DNA from: Candidatus Curtissbacteria bacterium RIFOXYA1_FULL_41_14
GTDB taxonomy: Bacteria > Patescibacteriota > Microgenomatia > Curtissbacterales > GWA2-41-24
Assembly (NCBI GenBank): GCA_001775095.1
Contig: MFCA01000025.1
Span: 22,994 to 86,993 of the forward strand
Direction: 5' to 3'
DNA length: 64,000 nucleotides
Below, piece after piece: positions 55,572-64,000 of this stretch. The translations under genes and the position numbers were made by a program. Each line of letters begins with the position of its first letter. Within the stretch, counting starts at the first letter, position 1. The notes beneath the pieces are model-generated. The model saw only the letters and a list, made by a program, of their open reading frames with translations, was not told the origin of the DNA and ran no database searches.

Positions 55572-56467
55572 TTTTTATTTCGAAGCTTTAAATTCTGCCA
55601 GACGACTAGGAGTGGGCTGGCGCTGAAGATTGAGGAGTAGGTACCGGAAATTATCCCTACCAAAAGCGCCAGTACGAAGTTTCTGATAGATGCACCGCCA
55701 AAAAGCAGAAGTGCCAGAAGAACAAAAACTACTGTCAGTGATGTGGAAAGTGATCTTCCCATCGTCTGCAGAAGCGAATGGTTAACTACTTCTTCAAATG
55801 GAAAATCACCATGTTTTTTGAGATTTTCGCGGATTCTGTCAAAAACGACTATTGTGTCGTGAACCGAAAACCCGATAACAGTCAAAAGTGCCGTTATAAA
55901 AAGCGAATCAACTTCAATTGCAAAGAAATGTCCCAAAATTGCAAAAATCCCTACAACTACAATAACGTCGTGGATCAGCGCGATTATCGTACAAATACCA
56001 AAGGCAATCGACGATGCCGGCTTTGGGACTTGCCTAAAAGCCCAAGTGATATATAAAACAATTGCCAAGATTGAAATGGCGACAGCGATGAAAGCTTTTT
56101 GGGCTAACTCTTTGGAAACAACCGGCCCGACAGTCTCCAGACGGACATCTTCGGTTTCACCGAAATTTGAATTGAGTTTAGTCTTTAGATCATTGATTTT
56201 TGCTTCATCGGTAACTTTCATCCGCACTAAGGCTGAATTATCGGAAGTCTGAGCAACTGATGAGGCTTCCACTTGTTCTTGAACAAAGAAGTTGTGGATT
56301 TCGTCTCTTTCAACTTTTTCCTTTTGTGTAAATTTAATTTCCCATAAAGTTCCACCGGCAAAATCAATTCCCAGTTTTAGCCTCCAAGTCGAAAGGGCAA
56401 TCACGCCAGGAATAATGACCAGAAGTGATAAGACAAAAAACCAGTTGCGGTATTTTATAAGATTCAT
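55568..56467 (-). CDS. secF: Protein translocase subunit SecF
   Basis: Six TM helices and a periplasmic P1 domain. It is translationally coupled to secD. Confidence 0.85.
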   Translation of the reverse strand: MNLIKYRNWFFVLSLLVIIPGVIALSTWRLKLGIDFAGGTLWEIKFTQKEKVERDEIHNFFVQEQVEASSVAQTSDNSALVRMKVTDEAKINDLKTKLNSNFGETEDVRLETVGPVVSKELAQKAFIAVAISILAIVLYITWAFRQVPKPASSIAFGICTIIALIHDVIVVVGIFAILGHFFAIEVDSLFITALLTVIGFSVHDTIVVFDRIRENLKKHGDFPFEEVVNHSLLQTMGRSLSTSLTVVFVLLALLLFGGASIRNFVLALLVGIISGTYSSIFSASPLLVVWQNLKLRNKK

Positions 56468-57777
56468 TCTATCTTCCTCACCCAGAACACTCTAATAAAG
56501 GTTCTGGTTACTGTAATTGCCGAAAACATCGAGACTAAAATTCCGATTGCCAGTGTTAGGGCAAATCCTCTGATTGAACCCGTACCAAAATTAAAAAGGA
56601 TAGCCGTAGTAATCAAAGACGAAACATTTGAATCACGGATTGACGACCAAGCTCTGTCAAATCCTGTAAAAAAAGCGTCGTGTTTGGGCTTACCCCAGCG
56701 GAGTTCCTCTTTTATTCTTTCAAAGATCAATATGTTGGCATCGACGGCCATACCAATAGAAAGGACGAAACCGGCAATACCTGCTAAAGTCAGGGTAACT
56801 GGAATTATTTTGAAAATTGCAAAAACAATAAGAGTATAGATACAAAGGGCGGCAACTGCGAATATACCAAGTACCCGGTAACAAACGATCATAAAAATTG
56901 CAACGGACACCAGACCAACTGCCGTTGCAAAGAGACTTTTTTGTATTGAATCAGTGCCAATCGTTGGGCCGATTCTGGTTTGGCTTTCAATGTTTAAAGG
57001 TACTGGAAGTGCACCGGCATTAAGTTGGATAGCTAGTTGTTTGGCTTGCTGGGAAGTAAACCCACCAGTGATTTGAGCATTGCCATCGGTTATAACGGCT
57101 TTAATAATAGGCGGTGGCCAGGAGATTGGTTGATCGTCAAGATACATAGCCATAGGTTTTTCGAGGTTGTTTGTAGTAATTTCTTCCAATTTCTTGGCTC
57201 CTTCACTGTTAAATTCTAAGTTGACCACATAGCCTGGTGATTGGGGATCTTGACTGGGAGCAGCGGTGGCTCTTTTTAGATCTTTACCAGTAAGCCCAGA
57301 AGCTTCAAAGTATTCCGGTGTAGCGGCATAAGTAGCTTCCGGTGGAGCATCAGCTTTGATAATTTGAAACTCAAGATGAGCTGTTTTTTTAACTATTGAG
57401 ACCGCCTGATCAATATCGGAAATTCCCGGAATTTCTACAATCAGCCGGTATTGACTCTGTGTTTTAGCAGTTTGAATCACCGGCTCAGCAACACCCAGCG
57501 AATTTATTCGATTCTCCACAATGTCTTTAGCAGAACCAAGTGCCGTATCACGATCCTGCGGTTCAATATTGGTCATATCTGCCGACATTGTTAACTGAAC
57601 CCCTCCGGCAAGATCTAAACCGAGTTTTGGTTCCAGGTCTCTTTTGAATATTCTTGTATTAATTTTTGGATGGGAAAGTTCTACACCTTTAAACTTAATT
57701 ATGGGAAGATCAAGATAAAACGCGGCGACTGTTAATATTAGAATTAAAAAAAGGATACGTCTTGGCTTTTTAAGCAT
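56464..57777 (-). CDS. secD: Protein translocase subunit SecD
   Basis: A 437-aa protein with the typical SecD topology and conserved C-terminal TM bundle. Confidence 0.85.
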   Translation of the reverse strand: MLKKPRRILFLILILTVAAFYLDLPIIKFKGVELSHPKINTRIFKRDLEPKLGLDLAGGVQLTMSADMTNIEPQDRDTALGSAKDIVENRINSLGVAEPVIQTAKTQSQYRLIVEIPGISDIDQAVSIVKKTAHLEFQIIKADAPPEATYAATPEYFEASGLTGKDLKRATAAPSQDPQSPGYVVNLEFNSEGAKKLEEITTNNLEKPMAMYLDDQPISWPPPIIKAVITDGNAQITGGFTSQQAKQLAIQLNAGALPVPLNIESQTRIGPTIGTDSIQKSLFATAVGLVSVAIFMIVCYRVLGIFAVAALCIYTLIVFAIFKIIPVTLTLAGIAGFVLSIGMAVDANILIFERIKEELRWGKPKHDAFFTGFDRAWSSIRDSNVSSLITTAILFNFGTGSIRGFALTLAIGILVSMFSAITVTRTFIRVFWVRKIE

Positions 57778-57788
57778 TGGCAGAAATC

Positions 57789-58367
57789 TTAAAGCTTAAC
57801 CATTTCCTCTTCATCGCCAATTAGCATGACTTTGGGTTTTGCTAAAATTCCCATGACGAATGGGTCACGGCGATTTTTGCGAAAATTAAATTCTTCCTCG
57901 GTCATTGGAGTAAAATTTATCTCGCGGTTACGCCTTGCTTCTTCTTCCCGAATAATACTGCCAAGTTCCGGCAGAATAATTGTACCGACAACAAAAAGAT
58001 CAACTTCATTCTGCGTATAGGGTCTTCCTTTAGCAAATGAGCTCGAAAGCATTGCATACTTAATTTTGCCAAGTTTGGCTTTACTTGTTAAAATTGCCCC
58101 TCCAAGACCCACACTTTTATTGATAATTGAGAGTAATTCATTAAAAAAGACATAATCACGACGAAGAGAATAGAATCTCCTGTTAGCCCGCCACTCACTC
58201 AGCAAAAGTCCGGTTTTTTCAAGCCTTGCAAGCTCTCGCCTGACAGCATTTATTTCCTCATCCACTCTTCTTACGATCTCTCTGACATGGTAAATTTGAC
58301 CCGGATTACTCAAGAAAAGCTCAAGGATTTTGACTCTGACTTTTGAGATTAAAATATCAACTAACAT
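57789..58367 (-). CDS. Winged-helix DNA-binding domain protein
   Basis: N-terminal wHTH (KVRVKILELFLSNPGQIYHVREIVRRV...LARLEKTGLL). The C-terminal half is of unknown function. Confidence 0.45.
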   Translation of the reverse strand: MLVDILISKVRVKILELFLSNPGQIYHVREIVRRVDEEINAVRRELARLEKTGLLLSEWRANRRFYSLRRDYVFFNELLSIINKSVGLGGAILTSKAKLGKIKYAMLSSSFAKGRPYTQNEVDLFVVGTIILPELGSIIREEEARRNREINFTPMTEEEFNFRKNRRDPFVMGILAKPKVMLIGDEEEMVKL

Positions 58368-58447
58368 TTATTATCGCTTTCAAATCAAAGATTTGATTGT
58401 TAGATTAAATGGCAGACTGGAAAATAGTTTTTGGGCAGGCTACTTTG

Positions 58448-59575
58448 TTAATATTCGATATCACTGTCAACTGGCACAGTTTCAATCCAAATCATACCTC
58501 TATTAAGTTGAATTTCTTTACCTTGGGCATCTACAAACTGGGTTCTTGATATTCTATCTTTCTTAACCCATTTACCTTTAATCACCTGGCCGTCTAGAAA
58601 AACAAGAGCATTGCCTGTGCCTGTTGTTCCGTAAAGAAGATGGCCGTCGGGATAACCGTCATTAGCAGTCTTTTCAATCTGAAACTGAACTATCATATTT
58701 TTGGCGGAAAGCTGTTCATTAGTAATTGGATCGTTTTGGGCCACGTTTTGATGAGTCCTACGATACAAATTCGCTTGTTTGTCGTAATTCCAAGTAACTG
58801 TGTAATCGGAAGACTGCTGCCAAAAAGGAACGATAACTGGTTTCTGATCGCCACGCGCCTCAAGGCTGGCATCATCTTTAAATTTCCACTCTATAAAATT
58901 CTTATCCCATCTGACGCCTTCTTCATCTTCCGGGCCAAATTTACGCTCACTTGCTGCTTCCCAAAGTTTTTGAGTCGTTGAGTGAACGTTATGGGGAGCA
59001 AGCTTATCCGTGCCTCGCCAGAAAGTCGGGAATCCTAAACCAAACTGATCCATATCCAAAATACCGTACTGTCTTATTTGACCAAGAGCATCGGCAGGTC
59101 CGGGTGTATTCGCACCGCCTACATGAGCATAGAGTGCATTGTACTCAGATACCCAGTCTAAAAAGTAAGTCCTGGCAGATCTTACAGGTGCAATATCTCC
59201 AGCGTCTTGACAGAGATAGACAGCTAAAAACCTGGTAATACCCCCTTCGGCAACTGCTTCATAAATTACGTCTGCCCGAGACAAGCCAAGTGTTGGTCTG
59301 GCATCCACGTGATTTTCAACCATAACACCAAGCGGCCTTCTCTCTTGCCATTTTTGTTCCCTATTCTTGGTGTAAAGGGCACCATTTAATGGGCAAGGAC
59401 GATCTTTTACGCCTTCCTCGTTGCCCGAAGTGACATCAGTTAAACTCCCGAAAGGTGTGACTATATTTACTGGTCCCTTCAAAACTGCATTAAATACCAT
59501 ATATGACAGTCCTGCCGACGCAAAATATAAAACTAGTATCCCAATAAGAACTAATAGCAGTTTTTTCTTATTCAA
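58448..59575 (-). CDS. DUF3048 (YerB-like) lipoprotein/secreted protein
   Basis: The RPLGVMVENHVDARPTLGLSRADVIYEA motif of DUF3048, with a signal/TM N-terminus. Confidence 0.7.
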   Translation of the reverse strand: MNKKKLLLVLIGILVLYFASAGLSYMVFNAVLKGPVNIVTPFGSLTDVTSGNEEGVKDRPCPLNGALYTKNREQKWQERRPLGVMVENHVDARPTLGLSRADVIYEAVAEGGITRFLAVYLCQDAGDIAPVRSARTYFLDWVSEYNALYAHVGGANTPGPADALGQIRQYGILDMDQFGLGFPTFWRGTDKLAPHNVHSTTQKLWEAASERKFGPEDEEGVRWDKNFIEWKFKDDASLEARGDQKPVIVPFWQQSSDYTVTWNYDKQANLYRRTHQNVAQNDPITNEQLSAKNMIVQFQIEKTANDGYPDGHLLYGTTGTGNALVFLDGQVIKGKWVKKDRISRTQFVDAQGKEIQLNRGMIWIETVPVDSDIEY

Positions 59576-59603
59576 AGTTATTTTTTACCAAGCCGAGCTT
59601 TAG

Positions 59604-60077
59604 TTAAACGGCTTGGCGGGCAGCTTTTTCAACTACCTCTTTTTCCTCCTTAGAGAATGGATGGGTTGTTGGTTTTGCACCAGAAACCCCTTTCGCATAA
59701 ACTCTAGTTCCGCCTCTTGAGTGTAGAGATGATATAACCACGCCATTATTAGCACCATCCAGAAGGGCTAAAACAAAGCTTTGGTCTCCTCCCGTATCCT
59801 CAAAAGGGTTGAATCTGATAAGTGCGTGTTTAGTAAAACTGCCCTTCTGGGCCTGGTCAAGTTTTTGAATTTGTTTTGTAAGCTGCTGTCTATTTTCATT
59901 TTGCAAGTTAACTTTTTCAATTACCTCTTCTAATATCCTATCGAGGGTCTGTCCCTTAGCTCCTTTTGTAAGTCTTCGATAGTGGCCAATCGTTTTTATA
60001 AGATAAACACTTAAGATTGCCAGCCAGATTCCTAATACGATAAGTAAATAATCGGTGGCTCTTACCTGTTGCCACAT
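59604..60077 (-). CDS. DUF4446-like membrane-anchored protein
   Basis: N-terminal TM helix, coiled region, and C-terminal RFNPFEDTGGDQSF motif. Confidence 0.5.
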   Translation of the reverse strand: MWQQVRATDYLLIVLGIWLAILSVYLIKTIGHYRRLTKGAKGQTLDRILEEVIEKVNLQNENRQQLTKQIQKLDQAQKGSFTKHALIRFNPFEDTGGDQSFVLALLDGANNGVVISSLHSRGGTRVYAKGVSGAKPTTHPFSKEEKEVVEKAARQAV

Positions 60078-60170
60078 CTTTTAGCCTAAGCTTTGCTTGG
60101 AAAACACCAGTGTCATGTTGAATAAATTTAGTACCCCTTCTTTTACCATGCAAGTTGCAGGATTGTCAAT

Positions 60171-60242
60171 CCTTCGACTTCGCTCAGGATGACTCTGAGT
60201 TAAATCGAAGAGTCAATGGGTTCGACAAGCTCACCATTGACT
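60171..60242. repeat. Repeat-derived segment: one 20-nt core unit (ccttcgacttcgctcaggat) plus the hairpin gagtcaatgg...ccattgactc
   Basis: The core is identical in pattern to the nrdJ/gltX tandem unit. The 10-bp inverted repeat is separated by 14 nt. Confidence 0.6.
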
Positions 60243-60310
60243 CTTCAGTCAAATCGAGTGATTGATGGATCGGTGAGTCGGAGTGTTGTGTTAATATATG
60301 TCATAGAGTT

Positions 60311-60580
60311 ATGCCGTTTAAAACCAGGAGAGCAAAAATTTCTGCAGCCTCCCGTCGATTTATTATTGTTAAGGAGCAAGTTTTTGATTATCTGGGAAAA
60401 GAAGCAAAAACTGAATCAGAAAAGAAACTGTCTTCATCAAATGTTAAACAGGGAGTTGGTATACGGACAATCGAGAGTAATTATAATTACGTAAAAGGAG
60501 ATTTAGTGAAAATTATCTTACTCACTAGCTTAATTATATCAGCTCAAATTACACTGCTTTTCTTCCTAAGATATCATTGA
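60311..60580 (+). CDS. Hypothetical protein (weak)
   Basis: An 89-aa track ORF with no homology support and a C-terminal hydrophobic helix. Confidence 0.25.
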   Translation: MPFKTRRAKISAASRRFIIVKEQVFDYLGKEAKTESEKKLSSSNVKQGVGIRTIESNYNYVKGDLVKIILLTSLIISAQITLLFFLRYH

Positions 60581-60784
60581 TTCTAAAACCAAATTGAGGA
60601 GCGGCTGTAGCCTGATGGGGACTGCGCACTACCCATTTAGATTGGTGGTGCTTGACTTTAGCTTCGAGGCTATGCTATGGTTGAGGCTAGTTGAAGCTAG
60701 GTAGCCTCAAATTTATCCTGAGTGAAATCGAAGGATAGAACCTAGACTTTCAAATATTTCTGTCTAAGGAGGTGATTAAATAGA

Positions 60785-60925
60785 ATGGCTGAAATGTATT
60801 GCGTCAAGTGTCGCGCAAAGAGAGACGATCCCAATGCTCAAAAAGTAACCATGAAGAATGGGAAACCAGCAATGAAAGGTAAATGTCCGGTTTGCGGCAC
60901 GACAATGTTCAAAATTGGTGGTTAG
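60785..60925 (+). CDS. Small zinc-ribbon protein (46 aa; absent from the ORF track because under 60 aa)
   Basis: MAEMYCVKCRAKRDDPNAQKVTMKNGKPAMKGKCPVCGTTMFKIGG. A strong SD (aaggaggtg) lies 8 nt upstream. Two CxxC pairs are present. Confidence 0.6.
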   Translation: MAEMYCVKCRAKRDDPNAQKVTMKNGKPAMKGKCPVCGTTMFKIGG

Positions 60926-60965
60926 AAAACGACTAAATATTTTTAAATTCGGTTACGAAATTAGA

Positions 60966-61010
60966 GAAAACCCCAAGATAAACTATGTAGTTATTTTTGT
61001 GGGGTTTTTT
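60966..61010. terminator. Possible bidirectional terminator (aaaacccca ... tggggtttttt)
   Basis: A 9-bp stem with a long loop and a T7 tract, between convergent genes. Confidence 0.35.
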
Positions 61011-61019
61011 CTTTCCATA

Positions 61020-61640
61020 TTAGCCTCCAAGTAATCCTATTACTAAATGAGGAAGACTATAAAGTATCTTCAATATGAATGAAGGATATGCAGCTAATTT
61101 AGTATATTCTTGAGTCAAATCCTCAGTCAGATTCACCTTATCATACTGCCAAGTAATTTTGACTGTTTGTTGGGTATCTTCTTTAACTGAAAGCATTATT
61201 TTGCTATATCCTGATTCCTGATTTGCTGATAAATTTGCTTTTTTAACATCAAGAGCTGAATTTACCGATTGCTTATCGGTTATTATCGCCGGCAAAACTT
61301 TATCAAAAATACTGGCATCTGACCCTTCGGGCATTTCCAAAGTCGCCACTATGACATTTTGATCTTTCAAAAAGGCAGGCGTGTAGGTAAATTTTACGCC
61401 GATCACTTCTTTTTCAGTTGTTTCCATTTCCCAAAGATAACTGGTTTGGTTGAAATCTATATTCGGAGGCAAAATACCTTTGGGAATACGCACAATTTTA
61501 GAAAAATGCTCCGTTAGTTTTTGATTGATTGCCTCGGTGGTAGGTTTTACAATCACAAAGCTGGCAATAACCGCAGCAACTGCCAAAACAATTAGAAAAA
61601 TAATGACGAGTAACAGGAAGATAATAGTAATTTTCTTCAC
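61020..61640 (-). CDS. Hypothetical membrane-anchored secreted protein
   Basis: A 206-aa protein with an N-terminal TM helix (IIFLLLVIIFLIVLAVAAVIASFVIV) and a soluble domain of unknown function. Confidence 0.5.
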   Translation of the reverse strand: MKKITIIFLLLVIIFLIVLAVAAVIASFVIVKPTTEAINQKLTEHFSKIVRIPKGILPPNIDFNQTSYLWEMETTEKEVIGVKFTYTPAFLKDQNVIVATLEMPEGSDASIFDKVLPAIITDKQSVNSALDVKKANLSANQESGYSKIMLSVKEDTQQTVKITWQYDKVNLTEDLTQEYTKLAAYPSFILKILYSLPHLVIGLLGG

Positions 61641-61740
61641 GCTCTTATTCTAACATCTCTCATATTTTACTAGACAGGTTTAAATTAATAAGAAAGTGGG
61701 GTTTACTGCTAAGCGATTATAAGTTTATTATTAAATTAGG

Positions 61741-64000
61741 ATGACAGATGGAAAAGACGGCCGTTTTCCCCAAATAAATCAGGATTCATTACCGCCTGTT
61801 GGGAATACTTCCAATGTTTCCCAAGTTGATTCGCCTCCTGAAGAACCTCTTCCGGAAGCCTCACTTCCAACTGATCCTCCGCCTCCGATTCCCCAAAATC
61901 CCACTTCAGCTCTATTTCAATCGCCCCAAGCTCCTCAAGAAGAACCAGCACTGCCTGCATCTCCCTCCCAGTTTCCACCTATTCCCAGTGCAGGGGTTTC
62001 TGTCAATCAACCACCAGTCCCGCCTCCCGGTGAATCTCCATCGAGATTAGGTTTTCTAAAAAGTAAGCTGGTTTTGGCCTTTGTTTTGTTGGTTCTTGTT
62101 ATCGGTCTTGGGGCAGGAGGAGTCTTTTACTACTTAAACCAAAGAGTTACCAGCTACACATTACTGCCCGATGATACCCAGTTCTATTTGGGACTTTCCG
62201 TTAAAAAACACCCCCAAGTGCAAAAACTTTTGGATTTATCCAAAAAACTGCCGGGAGGAGAGAAGATGATTAAGTATCTTGATGATTGGCGAGGGGAAAT
62301 TTTTGGCACCCAAAAGGATCCGTTTAAAGAGATTCTAAATTTGGCAGAGGAGGAAATTTTCCTGGCTAAAATCTCCCCTGAAGACTCAAGCGTAGGGGGA
62401 AATGCTTTAGAACAGCTTGTTAATATTGTCGCCTTGAAAGATGCAAAAGAAGCCAAGGAAAAGCTTGCCAACCTTGAAGATGACGCAAACATTACAACAA
62501 CTAAAGAAGCCTATGGTAGTGCCAAAATTGCAAAGTTTGAACTTAAAAGTCAGAAGATGGATGAAAGTGCGCAAAGATTTTCCACCGGCCCTATTCCTTA
62601 CCAAGTGACCTTGCCTCTTTCTAAGTCAATCTTTTCGGTAAACCTCAATGAGTTTTTGGTAGCAGCAGAAAGAGAAAGCGATGTTAAAAAAATTATTGAT
62701 TTGGCAACAAACGCTAAGGAGAAAAAACTAAAAAGTATTGAGGAGGACGAAGAGCATAATGAAATTACCAGCCACTTTCCCAAAGAATATCTTTTGAAAT
62801 TTTATCAAAGGCAAGTTTTGGACCCGTTCTCAAACATAATGCCTGCAACAACTTTGCCACAGAATTTTTGGTTTGGCCAAAGTTACGATACGCGTGAAAG
62901 AAATAGTCAAGGTGATAACGTTTTTACAACCAAACGAGGCTTAACCATTGTTGCCCAAGACAATGGTGTCGATTTTACTTCTTATCAGCTAACCAAAAAA
63001 TCAGAAATTAGCGAAAAAATCGAGAATATGCTTAAGCACGGATTTTCCATGGAAAGTTCGCTGGCCAATAAGCTGCCGGCTACTTTCGACGGTAAATCGC
63101 CACTGTTTTACGGAGAGGCTAAAAACATTAGAGATTCGATTCAAGACCAGCTAAACCAATTGGAGGATGTTTCAAAAAATTCCAGTGACGAGCAGCAGAA
63201 GAAGGCTTTTGAGGATGCGAAAAAAGGCATCGAGGAATTTAAAAAGCAGATTAAAGAGGCTTTTCAGATTGATGTTGATGCGGATTTACTTTCCTGGATG
63301 GACCAGAATGCGGCCATGATTGTCGCCGCGGATTCCCAAAAAGCTCCGGAGATTTTGTTTGTCTTTGAGATCAAAGATCCTCAACTGGTGGAGCAAAAAT
63401 TGGTCAAATTTAGAATGGTGGATTTTATGGGTACCAGATTAAAACAAGCGCAAGACGCAAGTATGAAAAACGACGTCGGACAAATAGCGACAGCTCTTCA
63501 GGCGTATTACACTACACCAGGACAGGGTTTGTATCCGACTTCCTTGAATGATCTGGTATCTTCTGAGTACCTTAAAACCTTACCTAAACCAGCTTCAGGG
63601 GGAAATTACAATTACTTAAGATGTGATAACGGGACAGAAGCTGCCATTTTTGCAAAGTCTGAAGAAACCGGACGTTATTGGGCTTTTAGTTCCAAATTAG
63701 GAAGAGCCGGTTATATCGATGGAACAAATCCTCCTGTTGATTGCAATTTTAATGTTCTTAAACAGACTCCGGAAACTCTTTTCGACAAGCCGCGGATCGA
63801 ACCAGAAATTGAACCCTATCAAACCAGTAAGATCTATTCATTTCCCATTTATGATTATGAGGGCGATAAGTTTGCTTTTCGTTTTACGGTGACTGACAGT
63901 TTGACAATTTTTTCCGTCGGTGCTTCCAGCCAATCGCTGAAAGAACTTATTGATTTCCCAAAGGAGAGCGATAGTACCTTAATCAAAGATCCTCGCTGGA
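61741..64000 (+). CDS. Large membrane-anchored protein (over 753 aa, runs off the window end) with a Pro-rich N-terminus and a type IV pilin/pseudopilin-like (GspG-like) domain
   Basis: An open frame from the ATG at 61741 to the window end with no stop. It is not in the ORF track because it is unterminated. It has a Pro-rich segment, a TM helix (LVLAFVLLVLVIGLGAGGVFYYL), and 'GQIATALQAYYTTPGQGLYPTSLNDLVSSEYLKTLPKPASGGNYNY', which resembles pseudopilins. The antisense track ORFs 61736-62783 are spurious. Confidence 0.6.
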   Translation, partial: MTDGKDGRFPQINQDSLPPVGNTSNVSQVDSPPEEPLPEASLPTDPPPPIPQNPTSALFQSPQAPQEEPALPASPSQFPPIPSAGVSVNQPPVPPPGESPSRLGFLKSKLVLAFVLLVLVIGLGAGGVFYYLNQRVTSYTLLPDDTQFYLGLSVKKHPQVQKLLDLSKKLPGGEKMIKYLDDWRGEIFGTQKDPFKEILNLAEEEIFLAKISPEDSSVGGNALEQLVNIVALKDAKEAKEKLANLEDDANITTTKEAYGSAKIAKFELKSQKMDESAQRFSTGPIPYQVTLPLSKSIFSVNLNEFLVAAERESDVKKIIDLATNAKEKKLKSIEEDEEHNEITSHFPKEYLLKFYQRQVLDPFSNIMPATTLPQNFWFGQSYDTRERNSQGDNVFTTKRGLTIVAQDNGVDFTSYQLTKKSEISEKIENMLKHGFSMESSLANKLPATFDGKSPLFYGEAKNIRDSIQDQLNQLEDVSKNSSDEQQKKAFEDAKKGIEEFKKQIKEAFQIDVDADLLSWMDQNAAMIVAADSQKAPEILFVFEIKDPQLVEQKLVKFRMVDFMGTRLKQAQDASMKNDVGQIATALQAYYTTPGQGLYPTSLNDLVSSEYLKTLPKPASGGNYNYLRCDNGTEAAIFAKSEETGRYWAFSSKLGRAGYIDGTNPPVDCNFNVLKQTPETLFDKPRIEPEIEPYQTSKIYSFPIYDYEGDKFAFRFTVTDSLTIFSVGASSQSLKELIDFPKESDSTLIKDPRW

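Noticed and set aside
61736-62783. Four minus-strand track ORFs (61736-61978, 62184-62492, 62407-62604, 62598-62783)
   Set aside because: They are antisense to a long, uninterrupted plus-strand ORF with clear protein-like composition. Their sequences are low-complexity and shadow the real gene.
1-64000. CRISPR arrays, rRNA genes, integrases/transposases, phage structural genes
   Set aside because: I searched by eye for regularly spaced direct repeats, rRNA-like conserved stretches and recombinase motifs, and found none. The repeats present are palindromic and dispersed, not CRISPR-like.

Overview
This 64-kb window is low-GC, gene-dense bacterial DNA. Most of it is housekeeping, and its gene content and style resemble a Patescibacteria/CPR-like genome, although this lineage assignment is an inference I cannot verify. 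I support about 70 protein-coding genes. Housekeeping genes include lysS, greA, a K+-independent H+-pyrophosphatase, lon, lgt, nrdR with a class II (B12-dependent) ribonucleotide reductase nrdJ, a PduO-type cobalamin adenosyltransferase, a family-4 uracil-DNA glycosylase, dxr, cysS, gltX, an archaeal-type aspS, recJ, a CCA-adding enzyme and secDF. There are two tRNAs: tRNA-Glu(CUC) on the plus strand and tRNA-Gln(CUG) on the minus strand. I found no rRNA and no CRISPR array. The window carries a CsoR-regulated copper homeostasis and thiol-redox operon (copA, YHS, ccdA, Sco-like protein). It carries two toxin-antitoxin modules, DUF4258/DUF2283 and HigB/HigA-like. A carbohydrate cluster encodes a sugar kinase, GH63, GT4, GH18 and a GT-C membrane enzyme. 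The most unusual content is non-genic. One family of structured palindromic (MITE/RPE-like) elements has a copy inserted in-frame inside pduO. Its 27-nt core is tandemly amplified in-frame inside nrdJ and at the 5' end of gltX. A second structured repeat family has two copies. The DUF4258/DUF2283 cassette sits between 27-bp direct repeats that duplicate the last codons of nrdJ. A duplicate of the tRNA-Gln 3' end brackets a 0.43-kb segment carrying a GIY-YIG gene. A promoter-plus-terminator unit looks like a small RNA or leader. The window ends inside a large pilin-like protein. I see no single large novel multi-gene system. All coordinates were read by eye and may be off by a few bases.
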